A stretch of DNA of 39,244 bases from UHGV virus genome UHGV-1357478; one strand, 5' to 3'. Below, piece after piece: positions 1 through 9,908 of this stretch. The notes below the pieces were generated by a model that ran no database searches, had not been told where the DNA came from, and saw only the letters and a program-made list of their open reading frames with translations. Within the stretch, counting starts at the first letter, position 1; each line of letters opens with the position of its first letter. The stretch comes from a virus. Made by a program: the position numbers and the translations under genes.

Positions 1-114
1 ACTAATAAAAAAGAGCAAAGTAGATACAATGAACTTATTTTAGAGCGTGAAGTAGAATACTTTAAACTTATTCAAGATGAAGAAGCTTTCGCTAGATTTA
101 TGAGTTTACGTTAA
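1..114 (+). CDS. 3' end of a hypothetical protein (partial; open from window start, ends TAA 112-114)
   Basis: Open frame from position 1 (codons 1,4,7...). It is in frame with the open ORF 38651..39244, if the sequence is circular. Confidence 0.5.
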   Translation, partial: TNKKEQSRYNELILEREVEYFKLIQDEEAFARFMSLR

Positions 115-121
115 CAGACCA

Positions 122-152
122 AGACTGCACTTTCACCGTGCAGTCTTTTTTA
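122..152 (+). terminator. Rho-independent terminator
   Basis: 9-bp stem agactgcac / gtgcagtct with loop tttcacc, followed by TTTTTT. Confidence 0.7.
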
Positions 153-295
153 TACGTAAAAAAGCCACTAGACTATGGGAGCTAGTGGCTGGGTAGCGAT
201 AACTCATGTTACTTCTGGGGAAGAATCACAAGTAGGTTCTATATACATTTAGGATGATGGGCTACCCAAGTAAAGTATAACAAAGGCGAATAGAA

Positions 296-1072
296 ATGAA
301 CAGATTTATACATAAAATTACACAGGAGGTGGCGTTGGATGTGCAGAAATGGGACTTAGCATACGAAGACTATAAGAACGGTATGAAGTATAAGGATATA
401 GCGGATAAATACGATGTATCTATTAATACCGTGAAGTCTTGGAAATCTCGCAAATGGAATGCGCCTCCTAAAGAGGTTGCAACCAAAAAGAAAAAGGTTG
501 CACACAAAAAAGAGTTGCAACCTGTTATAGAGAATGACGATTTAACAGAGCAACAGAAGATGTTCTGTTTATTTTATTTACAGCATTTTAATGCTACTAA
601 GGCATATCAACAAGCGTATCAGAGTGATTATAGAACGGCTAATGTAAACGGGAGTCGACTGCTAGTAAAAGCTAGTATTAAACAAGAGTTGCACCGTTTA
701 AAAGCAGAGTTGCAACAAGATGTGTTTGTGGACGTTAAAGACTTGATACAAGAGTATATTAAGCAAGCATTTGCCGATATCACCGATTTTACAGAATTCG
801 GACAGGAAATGGTTGAGTTTTCAGATGGTGAAGAACGCCCAGTATCTTTTGTTAGATTGAAAAATTCTAGTGAAGTAGACGGAACGCTAATACAAGAAAT
901 CAAAAAAGGTAAAGACGGTGTATCGGTTAAGCTTTACGATAAGCAAAAGGCCATGAGTGAGTTGATGAAGTATCTATCAGTTGACAGTGAGGCATCCAAT
1001 AACGAAGCTGACTCTTGGAAACAAGCAGTTATAAATGCAGCAAATAAGCGGGCGGTGGAAGAAAATGAATAA
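296..1072 (+). CDS. terS: terminase small subunit
   Basis: N-terminal HTH-like segment, then Terminase_2-like motifs ([26 protein letters not shown]...). Immediately precedes terL; stop overlaps the terL start (ATGAATAA). Confidence 0.75.
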   Translation: MNRFIHKITQEVALDVQKWDLAYEDYKNGMKYKDIADKYDVSINTVKSWKSRKWNAPPKEVATKKKKVAHKKELQPVIENDDLTEQQKMFCLFYLQHFNATKAYQQAYQSDYRTANVNGSRLLVKASIKQELHRLKAELQQDVFVDVKDLIQEYIKQAFADITDFTEFGQEMVEFSDGEERPVSFVRLKNSSEVDGTLIQEIKKGKDGVSVKLYDKQKAMSELMKYLSVDSEASNNEADSWKQAVINAANKRAVEENE

Positions 1073-2519
1073 AGAGTTTATTCCGTTTGCGGATATTGGT
1101 GCAGCAATTGATTATTACTACGATAAACCAGTTGCTTTTTGTCAGGATATCTTGCATCTTGATCCAGATGAATGGCAAGATAGGGTCTTGGATGATTTGG
1201 CTAAATTCCCAAAAGTCTCAGTTAGATCAGGACAGGGTGTTGGAAAAACGGCGTTGGAGGCTGGCGCTATTCTTTGGTTTCTAACATGCCGGCCATATGC
1301 AAAAGTGATAGCAACTGCTCCGACGATGAAACAATTATATGATGTTCTTTGGGCAGAAGTGGCTAAGTGGCTGAATAATAGTCTGATTAAAGACTTGCTT
1401 AAATGGACCAAGACGAAAATTTATATGGTTGGCGATTCAGAAAGATGGTTTGCTACAGCTCGAACAGCAACTAAACCAGAAAATATGCAAGGATTTCACG
1501 AAGACCACATGTTAATAGTGGTTGATGAAGCATCAGGTGTTGCTGATCCCATTATGGAAGCAATATTAGGTACTCTTTCAGGATTTGACAATAAATTACT
1601 AATGTGCGGAAACCCCAACAATATTGAAGGGGTTTTTTATGATTCGCATAATACAGATAGAGACAAGTATAGAACACACAAAGTTTCTAGTTACGATAGC
1701 AAACGTACTAACAAAGAAAATATTCAAATGATTATCGATAAGTATGGTGAGAATAGCGATGTAGCTCGTGTTCGTATTTATGGTGAATTTCCCAAAGGCG
1801 CACTTGATTCATTTATTAGCCTTGAAATTGTTGAGTTTGCCAAAGATATTAATATTTCTGATTCAGAATTAAAACATGTTAGAGAAGGGCACATAGGTGT
1901 CGATGTGGCTCGTTTTGGTGATGACTCAACGATTGTGTTCCCTCGAATCGGAGCTAAAGCATTGCCATTTGAAAAATATAGTAAGCAAGATACCATGCAG
2001 ACCACTGGTCGAGTTTTAAAAGCGGCGAAAAGGATGATGGATAACTATCCCACAATAAAAAAAGTATTCATCAAAGTAGATGATACAGGTGTTGGTGGAG
2101 GTGTTACTGACAGACTTAAAGAAGTAATTAGCGATGAAAAACTTCCCTATAAAGTAATTCCGGTAAATAATGGAGAATCTTCTACAGACGATTATTATGC
2201 AAATAAAGGAACACAAATATGGGGAGATGTTAAAGAACTATTAGAACAAAACATTTCCAATTCGATTAATGGTCAAGAGCCGACGATAGAGCTTCCTGAT
2301 AATGCAAATTTAATTAAAGAATTGAGCACACGTAAATTTAAAATGACTAGCAATGGGAAAATACGTTTAGAAAGTAAAGAAGATATGAAAAAGCGCAATG
2401 TTGGCAGTCCAGATATTGCTGATGCGTTAACGTTAGCGTTTTACGAGCCATTTAGACCAGAACCTATAAACGTTAAAAAAGCTATTAATACGTTCAAAAA
2501 ATTAGGATTAAGTAGGTGA
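1065..2519 (+). CDS. terL: terminase large subunit
   Basis: Walker A GQGVGKT; size and position. Start moved to the ATG at 1065 (MNKEFIPF...), which has a GGTGGAAG RBS and overlaps the terS stop. The track ORF starts at 1035. Confidence 0.8.
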   Translation: MNKEFIPFADIGAAIDYYYDKPVAFCQDILHLDPDEWQDRVLDDLAKFPKVSVRSGQGVGKTALEAGAILWFLTCRPYAKVIATAPTMKQLYDVLWAEVAKWLNNSLIKDLLKWTKTKIYMVGDSERWFATARTATKPENMQGFHEDHMLIVVDEASGVADPIMEAILGTLSGFDNKLLMCGNPNNIEGVFYDSHNTDRDKYRTHKVSSYDSKRTNKENIQMIIDKYGENSDVARVRIYGEFPKGALDSFISLEIVEFAKDINISDSELKHVREGHIGVDVARFGDDSTIVFPRIGAKALPFEKYSKQDTMQTTGRVLKAAKRMMDNYPTIKKVFIKVDDTGVGGGVTDRLKEVISDEKLPYKVIPVNNGESSTDDYYANKGTQIWGDVKELLEQNISNSINGQEPTIELPDNANLIKELSTRKFKMTSNGKIRLESKEDMKKRNVGSPDIADALTLAFYEPFRPEPINVKKAINTFKKLGLSR

Positions 2520-2523
2520 TATA

Positions 2524-4137
2524 GTGGATAATAAATTATTGAACGGTTCTAGGTTTGATAAAGAAGCAAATCTAGTTTATAAAGTACCAGTAAGCAAACT
2601 GCCTACTCGAATAATGCAATATTCGAACGGAGAAAAAGAAGAAGTCGTAGATTTTGAGCATCAGGATGTTTTTAATATGATTGTAAAATTTGTCCGACAT
2701 CATAAAGAAAAACAAGTTCCTCGCCTTAAAGAATTAAAGCGTTATTCTTTAGCACAAAATAATATTAAGTTTACTGAAGATAAAAGTGAAAATCGAGCAG
2801 ACAACAAGATTGCAAACGATTGGGCTAGATTTATTGTCAATTTTAAAAAAGGCGTATTACTAGGTAATCCTTTGAAGTACAATGGCGATAAAACTATAGC
2901 TGATAAAATTAATGATTTTTCTAGCAAATCAAATGAAGATTATCATAATCAGTTAATGTTAGACGACTTACTCGTATACGGAAGAGCATTTGAATATATC
3001 GGTAGAGATGAATACGGTAAAGAAATGTTAGCTAAATTCAGTCCAGAAGAAACGTTTATTATTTATGATACAACGACAAACAAAAATTCTGTATGTGCTG
3101 TTCACTGTTATGATCTCGATTTTAACGATGAAACATTTAGTTATATCGATATTTATGCAAATGATGGCTATTTTTATCAACATGAATCAAAAAATCAAGA
3201 CTATGAACAATCTAAATTGATTGATAAATATCAAACTTTCTTTGATTCTATTCAAGTAAATGAATGGATTAACAATGAGGAGCGTTTAGGAGATTTTGAA
3301 ACAGTTTTAGATAATATAGATGCATATGATCTATCGCAATCTTCAATGGCTAATTTCCAACAAGATTCATCTGAAGCTTATTTAGTTATTAAAGGAAACC
3401 CAGAAACTGCTATAGATGATGAAGATGGTAATTCTGCAGTAGACGTTTTAAACGACATGATAAAAGCTAGATTGTTAATCTTAGGAGATAAGAAATATTA
3501 TGGTGATGGCCAAACTGGTAGCGATCCTGATGCATACTACTTGAAAAAAGAGTATGATACACAAGGGACAGAGGCATATAATGACCGTTTGGTTTCTGAT
3601 ATGTTGCGCTTCACTTCTTTAATTGATTTTACCGATGAAAATATTGGGAGTAATCAGTCTGGTATTGGATTTAGATTTAAAGGTTGGGGAAGTGACAATG
3701 ATAGAAAGAACAAAGAAAGAATGGTCAAAAAAGCAATCATGAGAAGACTAAGATTACTAACTTATTCTTGGTCATTGAAAGATAACTTAAATAAACCAAC
3801 AGGGCTTGCTGAGAAAGTTAAGTCTTTTTTTGTATCTAGAGATAATGATAAAGAGCTGCTTTTTGAAAAGGTGAATGCTATAGAGATATTATTCACACCA
3901 AACGTTCCTCAATCAGATAAAGAAATTATGGAAGTTATTGCCGGAATGGTTGGAATTGTTTCAGATGAAACACTTTGCGAAATGGCGGCTAAATTGACTG
4001 GTGTTCCTGTTCAAACAGAACTAAAGAGATTGAAAAAGGAAAATCAGCCAGATACATTATCCGATGAAAATGCAGCGAAGCTTAAAGAAAAACAGGCAGA
4101 ATTTTTGGCGAATCAGTCGGAAACAGAGGAGGACTGA
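2524..4137 (+). CDS. portal protein
   Basis: 537 aa, immediately after terL, acidic C-terminus; matches the canonical order. Confidence 0.7.
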   Translation: MDNKLLNGSRFDKEANLVYKVPVSKLPTRIMQYSNGEKEEVVDFEHQDVFNMIVKFVRHHKEKQVPRLKELKRYSLAQNNIKFTEDKSENRADNKIANDWARFIVNFKKGVLLGNPLKYNGDKTIADKINDFSSKSNEDYHNQLMLDDLLVYGRAFEYIGRDEYGKEMLAKFSPEETFIIYDTTTNKNSVCAVHCYDLDFNDETFSYIDIYANDGYFYQHESKNQDYEQSKLIDKYQTFFDSIQVNEWINNEERLGDFETVLDNIDAYDLSQSSMANFQQDSSEAYLVIKGNPETAIDDEDGNSAVDVLNDMIKARLLILGDKKYYGDGQTGSDPDAYYLKKEYDTQGTEAYNDRLVSDMLRFTSLIDFTDENIGSNQSGIGFRFKGWGSDNDRKNKERMVKKAIMRRLRLLTYSWSLKDNLNKPTGLAEKVKSFFVSRDNDKELLFEKVNAIEILFTPNVPQSDKEIMEVIAGMVGIVSDETLCEMAAKLTGVPVQTELKRLKKENQPDTLSDENAAKLKEKQAEFLANQSETEED

Positions 4138-4142
4138 TTTAG

Positions 4143-5081
4143 ATGTCCTATTTAAAAGATCGTGAAGATGCTTGGATCAAAGAGCAGATGAAGCTAGATC
4201 GTAATAGAGAAAAAGAAATTGTTCAACAGCTTCAAAATGCTATTGATGCGATTCAAACCGAAATTGAAGCTAACTGGGATAGATTTTCCAATGGCCAAAA
4301 GATTACGATTAGCGAAGCAAGAAAAATGGCTAATAAGATGGACGTAAAACGCTTTGAGAGAAAAGCGAAGGAGTATGTAAAAAATAAAGACTTTAGTCCA
4401 CAGGCCAATAAAGAATTGAAAATCTATAACTTAGTAATGCGAGTGTCTAGATTAGAGCTATTAAAGTCTCAAATTGGCTTAGAACTAATCACGTTGTTTG
4501 ATGAGCTAGATAAGTGGGGATATTCTCAGTTAACTGAAGCCGCAAAAGATGAATATTTAAGACAGGCGGGAATACTAGGCGAAACCGTTAAAGAAAATTA
4601 TTCGTCTATGGTTAGAAAAATTGTTAATGCCTCATTCAAATCAAGTGATTTCCCTTCGTTCAGTGATAACATTTGGCAAAATTTTGTTGAAATGAAAGCT
4701 GATTTAGAAAAAATAATTACTCAGGCAATCACTCAAGGTAAAAATCCAAGAGCAGTAGCAAAAGAGATGGCTAAATTTTTAAAGCCTAACCAATTAAATA
4801 TAAGATACAAGCTAAATAGGCTAATGATGACTGAAATATCTGGTATTCAAACAGATATTCAAAAGCAAAGTTACTTGGATGCAGATATCGAAGAATATGA
4901 TTACATTGCAGAACCGTTTGCCTGTGAAATATGTAAAAAAGTGGCTAAAGGAAGCCCTTATAGAGTATTAAAGATGAAAAAAGGTATTAATGCTCCTTAT
5001 ATGCATCCTCATTGTAAATGCTCTACTGTCCCTAAAGTTAGTGAGGATTATGATAAGTCGCTGAAAGAAAGAGGTTTGTAA
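4143..5081 (+). CDS. minor head / head morphogenesis protein (Mu F / SPP1 gp7-like)
   Basis: Position after portal, 312 aa, C-terminal Cys/His cluster (CEICKK...HPHCKC). Confidence 0.6.
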   Translation: MSYLKDREDAWIKEQMKLDRNREKEIVQQLQNAIDAIQTEIEANWDRFSNGQKITISEARKMANKMDVKRFERKAKEYVKNKDFSPQANKELKIYNLVMRVSRLELLKSQIGLELITLFDELDKWGYSQLTEAAKDEYLRQAGILGETVKENYSSMVRKIVNASFKSSDFPSFSDNIWQNFVEMKADLEKIITQAITQGKNPRAVAKEMAKFLKPNQLNIRYKLNRLMMTEISGIQTDIQKQSYLDADIEEYDYIAEPFACEICKKVAKGSPYRVLKMKKGINAPYMHPHCKCSTVPKVSEDYDKSLKERGL

Positions 5082-5351
5082 ATGGATAATCTATATAAAT
5101 GCAATCAATGTCATAAATACACTCCGTTAGTTAGAAAATCTGAAAATATCACGAAGGATATTGAACACCATTATGCTGAATGTGCCAACTGTGGGTATAA
5201 AGCGACAATTATGTATATGAATACCGAAATTAAGTTATTAATGCATGAACAAAGAAAAACAAACTTTGGCACAAAAAAGAAAGGTAAATTGACGGAAAAG
5301 CTAAACAGATTAATTTCTGAATTAAGAAAAGAAGTTGAGGAATCACTTTGA
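5082..5351 (+). CDS. small zinc-ribbon protein
   Basis: CxxC (CNQC)...CxxC (CANC); overlaps the previous stop (TAAATGG). Confidence 0.45.
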   Translation: MDNLYKCNQCHKYTPLVRKSENITKDIEHHYAECANCGYKATIMYMNTEIKLLMHEQRKTNFGTKKKGKLTEKLNRLISELRKEVEESL

Positions 5352-5443
5352 AAATATGACAGAAAGGCGTGATTCTATGAATGACGATCCTTACGATTAC
5401 CTAGATGCTGATTATGAAGAATATTTAAGAAAGGAAGAAGTAA

Positions 5444-5722
5444 ATGAAAGCACGAAAGAAACCAGTAGTGATTGAAACTGTAATTTTTTTAGGTTTTTAT
5501 GGGAAGGATCGCAATTTCAGTGAAAGACCTAAGTGGCTGGAGAGAGCAATCTATGTTGATAAAAAAATTGAATTTTTTGATGTTCCTGAAAAATTAACTA
5601 TCCATACTATTGAAGGACCAATTTATGCAAGTCCTGGTGATTACATCATAAAAGGCGTTAATGGCGAACTTTATCCGTGCAAGCCGGACATATTTGAAAA
5701 ATCTTATGAGATTATTGAGTGA
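5444..5722 (+). CDS. hypothetical protein
   Basis: 92-aa ORF with an upstream GGAAG-like RBS. Confidence 0.4.
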   Translation: MKARKKPVVIETVIFLGFYGKDRNFSERPKWLERAIYVDKKIEFFDVPEKLTIHTIEGPIYASPGDYIIKGVNGELYPCKPDIFEKSYEIIE

Positions 5723-5851
5723 AGTCTGACAAACGTTAGGCTTTTTATATTGCCTTCTTACTGCTTACAGGCACTAAAGAGAAAGCTGTTTCGATTGATA
5801 GGCGTAACTTATCAAATATATCGGGTAGCGGCGTAACCGTGGAGGATAATC

Positions 5852-6493
5852 ATGAAAACAAAAAAACTATTATTGCCAATGCATTTACAATTCTTTGCTG
5901 ATAATCCAGATACTGGCACTGGGGATACGGACCAACCGGCCGGAGGTCAAGAGCAAACACCGCCAGAAGATGATAGTAAAGATAAAGGCAATGGAAAAAC
6001 GTTTTCTCGTGATGAAGTAGCAAAAATGATTGCTGCTGAAGTATCAAAAACAAAAGAAGCTTGGGAAAAAGAGCTTCAAGAGAAACAAGAAGAAGCTGAT
6101 AAATTAGCCAAAATGAATGATCAGGAGAAAAATGATCATGAAAAGCAGAAGTTACTTGAAAAAATCAAAGAGCTGGAAAGTGCGCAAAACTTAGCTGAAA
6201 TGTCTAAGACTGCTACTACAATGTTTTCTGATAAAGGTATTCAAGCGACTGAGGGATTACTTTCGTTAGTAGTAAAGGAAACAGCAGAGGAGACATCTGA
6301 AAATGTTAAAGCTGTTGTAAAACTTATTGAAACTGAACGTGAAGCGATTAAAGCAGATTTTGAGAAACGAATTGGTTCTAAACTCCCACTTGATGGAAAT
6401 GCTGATGCTAGCTTATCTCGTGGTGCACAAATGGCTAAACAAGCAAATAATCAAAATAAAGCGCCTGAAAATAATCCTTGGGCGACAAATTAG
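5852..6493 (+). CDS. scaffolding protein
   Basis: Acidic, coiled-coil-rich 213 aa directly upstream of the capsid gene; RBS GGAGG. Confidence 0.65.
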   Translation: MKTKKLLLPMHLQFFADNPDTGTGDTDQPAGGQEQTPPEDDSKDKGNGKTFSRDEVAKMIAAEVSKTKEAWEKELQEKQEEADKLAKMNDQEKNDHEKQKLLEKIKELESAQNLAEMSKTATTMFSDKGIQATEGLLSLVVKETAEETSENVKAVVKLIETEREAIKADFEKRIGSKLPLDGNADASLSRGAQMAKQANNQNKAPENNPWATN

Positions 6494-6505
6494 GAGGAAT
6501 TTTGA

Positions 6506-6847
6506 ATGGTTTATGTAAAGAAAACTCAAACATATCAAGATATTAATTTTTTAAAGAGCGAAAAATTTATTTCGTTCACAAAACAAGTTGATGAAAAAAC
6601 TGAAGGGGTAGTAAAAGGAGTGTTACCTGCAGGATCAGTGTTCCCTAAAAATGATGCTACAGCAGAAGGTATTACAATTAACGATGTTGATGTATCAAAT
6701 GGACCACAACCGGTAGGAGTAATTGTTGAAGGTCATGTTCTTATTAAACGATTACCAGTTGAACCATCATCGGAAGCTCAAAAAGCAATGCGTGAAGTTA
6801 AATTTTATGATGCAAACGGTAAAATGCTAGCAGTTCCAACTGCTTAA
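6506..6847 (+). CDS. hypothetical head protein
   Basis: 113 aa between scaffold and major capsid; RBS AGGAGG. Confidence 0.45.
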   Translation: MVYVKKTQTYQDINFLKSEKFISFTKQVDEKTEGVVKGVLPAGSVFPKNDATAEGITINDVDVSNGPQPVGVIVEGHVLIKRLPVEPSSEAQKAMREVKFYDANGKMLAVPTA

Positions 6848-6869
6848 TAAATAATTAGGAGGATTTCAA

Positions 6870-7883
6870 ATGGCAAATATTGCAGAATTATTTTCACAGA
6901 AAAATGTATTAGATTATGTAAATAATCGTCAAGCACCAGTTTTATTAGGAGAAACATTGTTTCCAGCACGTAAGGTACAGGGGTTAGAGTTTGATGTTTT
7001 AAAAGCGGGATCTAAAATCCCAACAATTGCAAGCGTTCATGCATTCGATACAGAAGCTGAGATTGCTTCACGTGTTGGATCAAAGACAGCTCAAGAGCTG
7101 GCGTTCATCAAACGTAAGATTCAATTAAAAGAAAAAGATTTAATGGCTTTACGCAAGCCTCGTGATGCAGCAGAACAACGTTTTTTAGAACAAGAAGTGT
7201 ACAACGATGTAGATGCAATGGTTGGATCTGTAAATGCGCGTGTTGAAAAGATGCGAATGGAAGTATTAGCAAATGGTAAAGTAACGTTAGATGAAAATGG
7301 GTTAGATTTAGTAGTTGATTATGGTGTGCCAGAAGATCATAAAGGTACTGCTGATTTTTCTGCTCCTGATACAGACATCATTGGGTTATTAACAGAATGG
7401 GCAAGCAAGTTGGATGTAATGCCAACACGCATTTTGACATCTACTAAAGTGCGTAACGCAATCTTGAAAAACGACGGAATCAAGGCATTCTTTAAAACTT
7501 CTGGTTTGTTACCAAATGTTGGCTCGTTAAACCAAATGTTACAACAATTTAATTTACCGACAATTGTGACATATGATGCAAAATATAATAAAGAAAACGC
7601 TGAAGGTGTACTAGTAAAAGAACGTTATTTCCCAGAAAACAAGCTAGTCATGTTTGGGGATGAAAACCCAGGAGAGTCTATTTTCGGTGTAACACCAGAA
7701 GAATCTCGTTTGTTATCAACTGGATCAAATAACTACACAGTAGGCAATATTTTCGCAATGGTATACGAATCTAATTTAGACCCAGTTGGAACATGGACTA
7801 AAGCATCAGGAACAGCTCTACCAAGTTTCCCAGAAGCTGACAATGTATTCCAAGCTACTGTCTTACCTGATTCAAAAAAATAG
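6870..7883 (+). CDS. major capsid protein
   Basis: 337 aa after the scaffold; strong RBS AGGAGG. The 3' end carries a candidate -1 frameshift extension to 7945. Confidence 0.65.
   Translation: MANIAELFSQKNVLDYVNNRQAPVLLGETLFPARKVQGLEFDVLKAGSKIPTIASVHAFDTEAEIASRVGSKTAQELAFIKRKIQLKEKDLMALRKPRDAAEQRFLEQEVYNDVDAMVGSVNARVEKMRMEVLANGKVTLDENGLDLVVDYGVPEDHKGTADFSAPDTDIIGLLTEWASKLDVMPTRILTSTKVRNAILKNDGIKAFFKTSGLLPNVGSLNQMLQQFNLPTIVTYDAKYNKENAEGVLVKERYFPENKLVMFGDENPGESIFGVTPEESRLLSTGSNNYTVGNIFAMVYESNLDPVGTWTKASGTALPSFPEADNVFQATVLPDSKK
7874..7880 (+). other. candidate -1 ribosomal frameshift site, A_AAA_AAA abutting UAG
   Basis: tcA AAA AAA TAG at the capsid 3' end. The -1 frame is open 7871..7945 and encodes ...KIEAPKVESVIPTTDGASIVLS*. 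A stem (gccccg/cggggc) begins 5 nt downstream. Confidence 0.5.
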
Positions 7884-7956
7884 AAGCCCCGAAAGTTGAA
7901 AGTGTAATACCAACAACTGACGGGGCCTCAATTGTATTAAGTTAGGTGGTGTTTAA

Positions 7957-8289
7957 ATGCCTAGCATTACAGATGACATAACAAAACTGTTAAATAGTCC
8001 AGCTAATGAAAAGTTAGAAGTGATTGAGCGACGAACTAGAGAACGTCTCAATAGTTTGTTAAATGTATCGGAAACGCCAAGCAAATTTGATTCGATTATA
8101 TACGAGGTCGTTTTAAAAAGATTTAACCGGATTGGTCAAGAGGGTATGATTTCATATTCTCAAGAAGGTTTAACAATGGCCTTTCCTGATTCTGATTTCT
8201 CTGAATATGAAAAACAAATTAACGATTATTTGAATGAAGAAAAAGAAGTGCAATATAAAAAACTTCGTGGAAAGGCCCGATTCGTATGA
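7957..8289 (+). CDS. head-tail connector (gp6-like)
   Basis: 110 aa, position. Confidence 0.5.
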   Translation: MPSITDDITKLLNSPANEKLEVIERRTRERLNSLLNVSETPSKFDSIIYEVVLKRFNRIGQEGMISYSQEGLTMAFPDSDFSEYEKQINDYLNEEKEVQYKKLRGKARFV

Positions 8290-8621
8290 GATATACAGAT
8301 GAAATTACCTTTGTAAAAAAATCTTCAGAATCGCATTATGATCCAAACTCAGGGGAATGGATTGAAGAAGAACCGTTTAGAAAAACTACTGATGTCAATG
8401 TAACTGATATTGGTACAGATCGTTCTATTACTATTTTCGGAAGCATTAAAGAAGGGGCTAAAGTCATTAGGACACAGCCCCTTTTTGTTATTCCAGAATT
8501 TGATTACATTGAGTTTGAGGGTAAAGCTTGGGAAGTTATTACAAGTAGAGTTCCTGCATTAAGAAATAGCTTGATTATTCAGGAAGTGATTATTGATGGC
8601 AAGAAGTCAAGTAAGAATTAA
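8286..8621 (+). CDS. head closure / head-tail adaptor
   Basis: 111 aa; overlaps the previous stop. Confidence 0.5.
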   Translation: MRYTDEITFVKKSSESHYDPNSGEWIEEEPFRKTTDVNVTDIGTDRSITIFGSIKEGAKVIRTQPLFVIPEFDYIEFEGKAWEVITSRVPALRNSLIIQEVIIDGKKSSKN

Positions 8622-8976
8622 TGGATTAGCTGGAATTTCTAAAAAACTAAAGAGAAATGCTCAACTTGATGATGTGAAAAAAGTTGTTAGAAATAACACA
8701 GCAGAATTAACCGCCAATATGCAAGCTGAAGCCGGAAAGGTGTTAACTGGACATCGGGAAGGTAAAAAGTTTGTTAAACCAACTGGGGCAACAAAAAGAA
8801 GTATCGTTATGAGGCTTTCGAACAATGGTTTTTCTGGGCATACAGGACCAGGAACAGAATACGCACCATACTTAATACACGGAACAAGATTCATGGTGAA
8901 ACGTGATTTCTTTTTACCACCGCTGAAACAACAAAAAGTGAAATTTAGAACGGACTTGGAAAGGTTGATGAAATGA
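8593..8976 (+). CDS. tail component (HK97 gp10-like)
   Basis: 127 aa, position. Confidence 0.45.
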   Translation: MMARSQVRINGLAGISKKLKRNAQLDDVKKVVRNNTAELTANMQAEAGKVLTGHREGKKFVKPTGATKRSIVMRLSNNGFSGHTGPGTEYAPYLIHGTRFMVKRDFFLPPLKQQKVKFRTDLERLMK

Positions 8977-9362
8977 TTAAAACAAGAGATCAATCAATCT
9001 TCGATGAAGTGTATAAGAAGTGTCAATCACTGGGTTATGAAATTTACGATTATAAACCTATGAATGATGTAGGTTATCCATTTGTCGAATTAGAAGATAC
9101 TCAGACACTGCACCAAGCCAACAAGACTGATATTAAAGGTTCGGTTATATTGAATCTATCTGTATGGGGATTGGCAAAAAAACGTAAACAAATATCGGAT
9201 ATGGCTTCAGCAATTTTTGCTGAGGCTCTATCTATTTCTGAAACGGAAGGTTATCATTGGTCGCTTAATATTCAATCAAGCGGTATTCGGGTAGTAGATG
9301 ACATTTCGACTAACACACCATTGAAGCGGGCAATGATATCTTTAGAATTCAAAATACTATAG
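8973..9362 (+). CDS. tail completion protein
   Basis: 129 aa, ATGA overlap, precedes the major tail gene. Confidence 0.45.
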   Translation: MIKTRDQSIFDEVYKKCQSLGYEIYDYKPMNDVGYPFVELEDTQTLHQANKTDIKGSVILNLSVWGLAKKRKQISDMASAIFAEALSISETEGYHWSLNIQSSGIRVVDDISTNTPLKRAMISLEFKIL

Positions 9363-9377
9363 AGAGAAGGAATATAA

Positions 9378-9908
9378 ATGGCTAATGAAGCAAAAGTAGC
9401 GGCTAAAGGTATTGATATTATTTTACTTTTCCGTTTGTTAAAAAAATCAAAAGAGGAAGCAGCATGGAAATTAGCTTTCCAGACAGAACATGAAAATACA
9501 AAAACAAAAGATAGTGATTCTGTGGCCACTAAAGATGGTCCGATTCGCATCCCAGGATCATTGGAAATTGATTTTTCGGCAACATCTATTTTATCAGTCG
9601 GTGATCCGTATGTTGACCAGCTAGAAGAAGCTTTAGACAATGACGATATTATTGAAATCTGGGAAATCAACAAAGCAGAAAAAGGCACAGGAGATAATGC
9701 TGACAAATACAAGGCAACCTATTACCAAGGATATGTAACATCATTTGGTAAATCGCCTAATGCTGAAGACACCGTAGAAGTTTCATTAGAATTTGGTATC
9801 AATGGTAAAGGTGCAAAAGGATTTGCAACATTAACTGCTGATCAAGAAGAAGTAGTTCAATATGTCTTCAAAGATACGACTATTGAAACAGCTGATCCGG
9901 GAAAGTAG
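9378..9908 (+). CDS. major tail protein
   Basis: 176 aa, position. The 3' end carries a candidate -1 frameshift extension to 9970. Confidence 0.65.
   Translation: MANEAKVAAKGIDIILLFRLLKKSKEEAAWKLAFQTEHENTKTKDSDSVATKDGPIRIPGSLEIDFSATSILSVGDPYVDQLEEALDNDDIIEIWEINKAEKGTGDNADKYKATYYQGYVTSFGKSPNAEDTVEVSLEFGINGKGAKGFATLTADQEEVVQYVFKDTTIETADPGK
9899..9905 (+). other. candidate -1 ribosomal frameshift site, G_GGA_AAG abutting UAG
   Basis: ccG GGA AAG TAG. The -1 frame is open 9896..9970 and encodes ...GKVDSPYVGSVTPTVDGASIELS*. A stem (agccc/gggct) begins 5 nt downstream. Confidence 0.5.

Noticed and set aside
628-903. Minus-strand 91-aa ORF inside terS, and other small antisense or alternate-frame track ORFs inside large genes: 1087..1284, 1142..1411, 1778..2005, 2016..2216, 2742..2927, 5850..6053, 6327..6518, 8661..8993, 9272..9712, 10006..10275, 10202..10417, 11103..11354, 11736..12059, 13358..13585, 14022..14207, 14283..14501, 15471..15677, 15622..15855, 16261..16491, 17665..17847, 19040..19243, 20317..20595, 20900..21136, 25695..26081, 26400..26585, 29059..29250, 30813..31001, 32082..32330, 34052..34270, 34479..34736.
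   Set aside because: Each lies fully within a longer, well-supported ORF on the other strand or frame. They have no RBS and a low-complexity or odd composition. They are by-products of an AT-rich genome with few stop codons.
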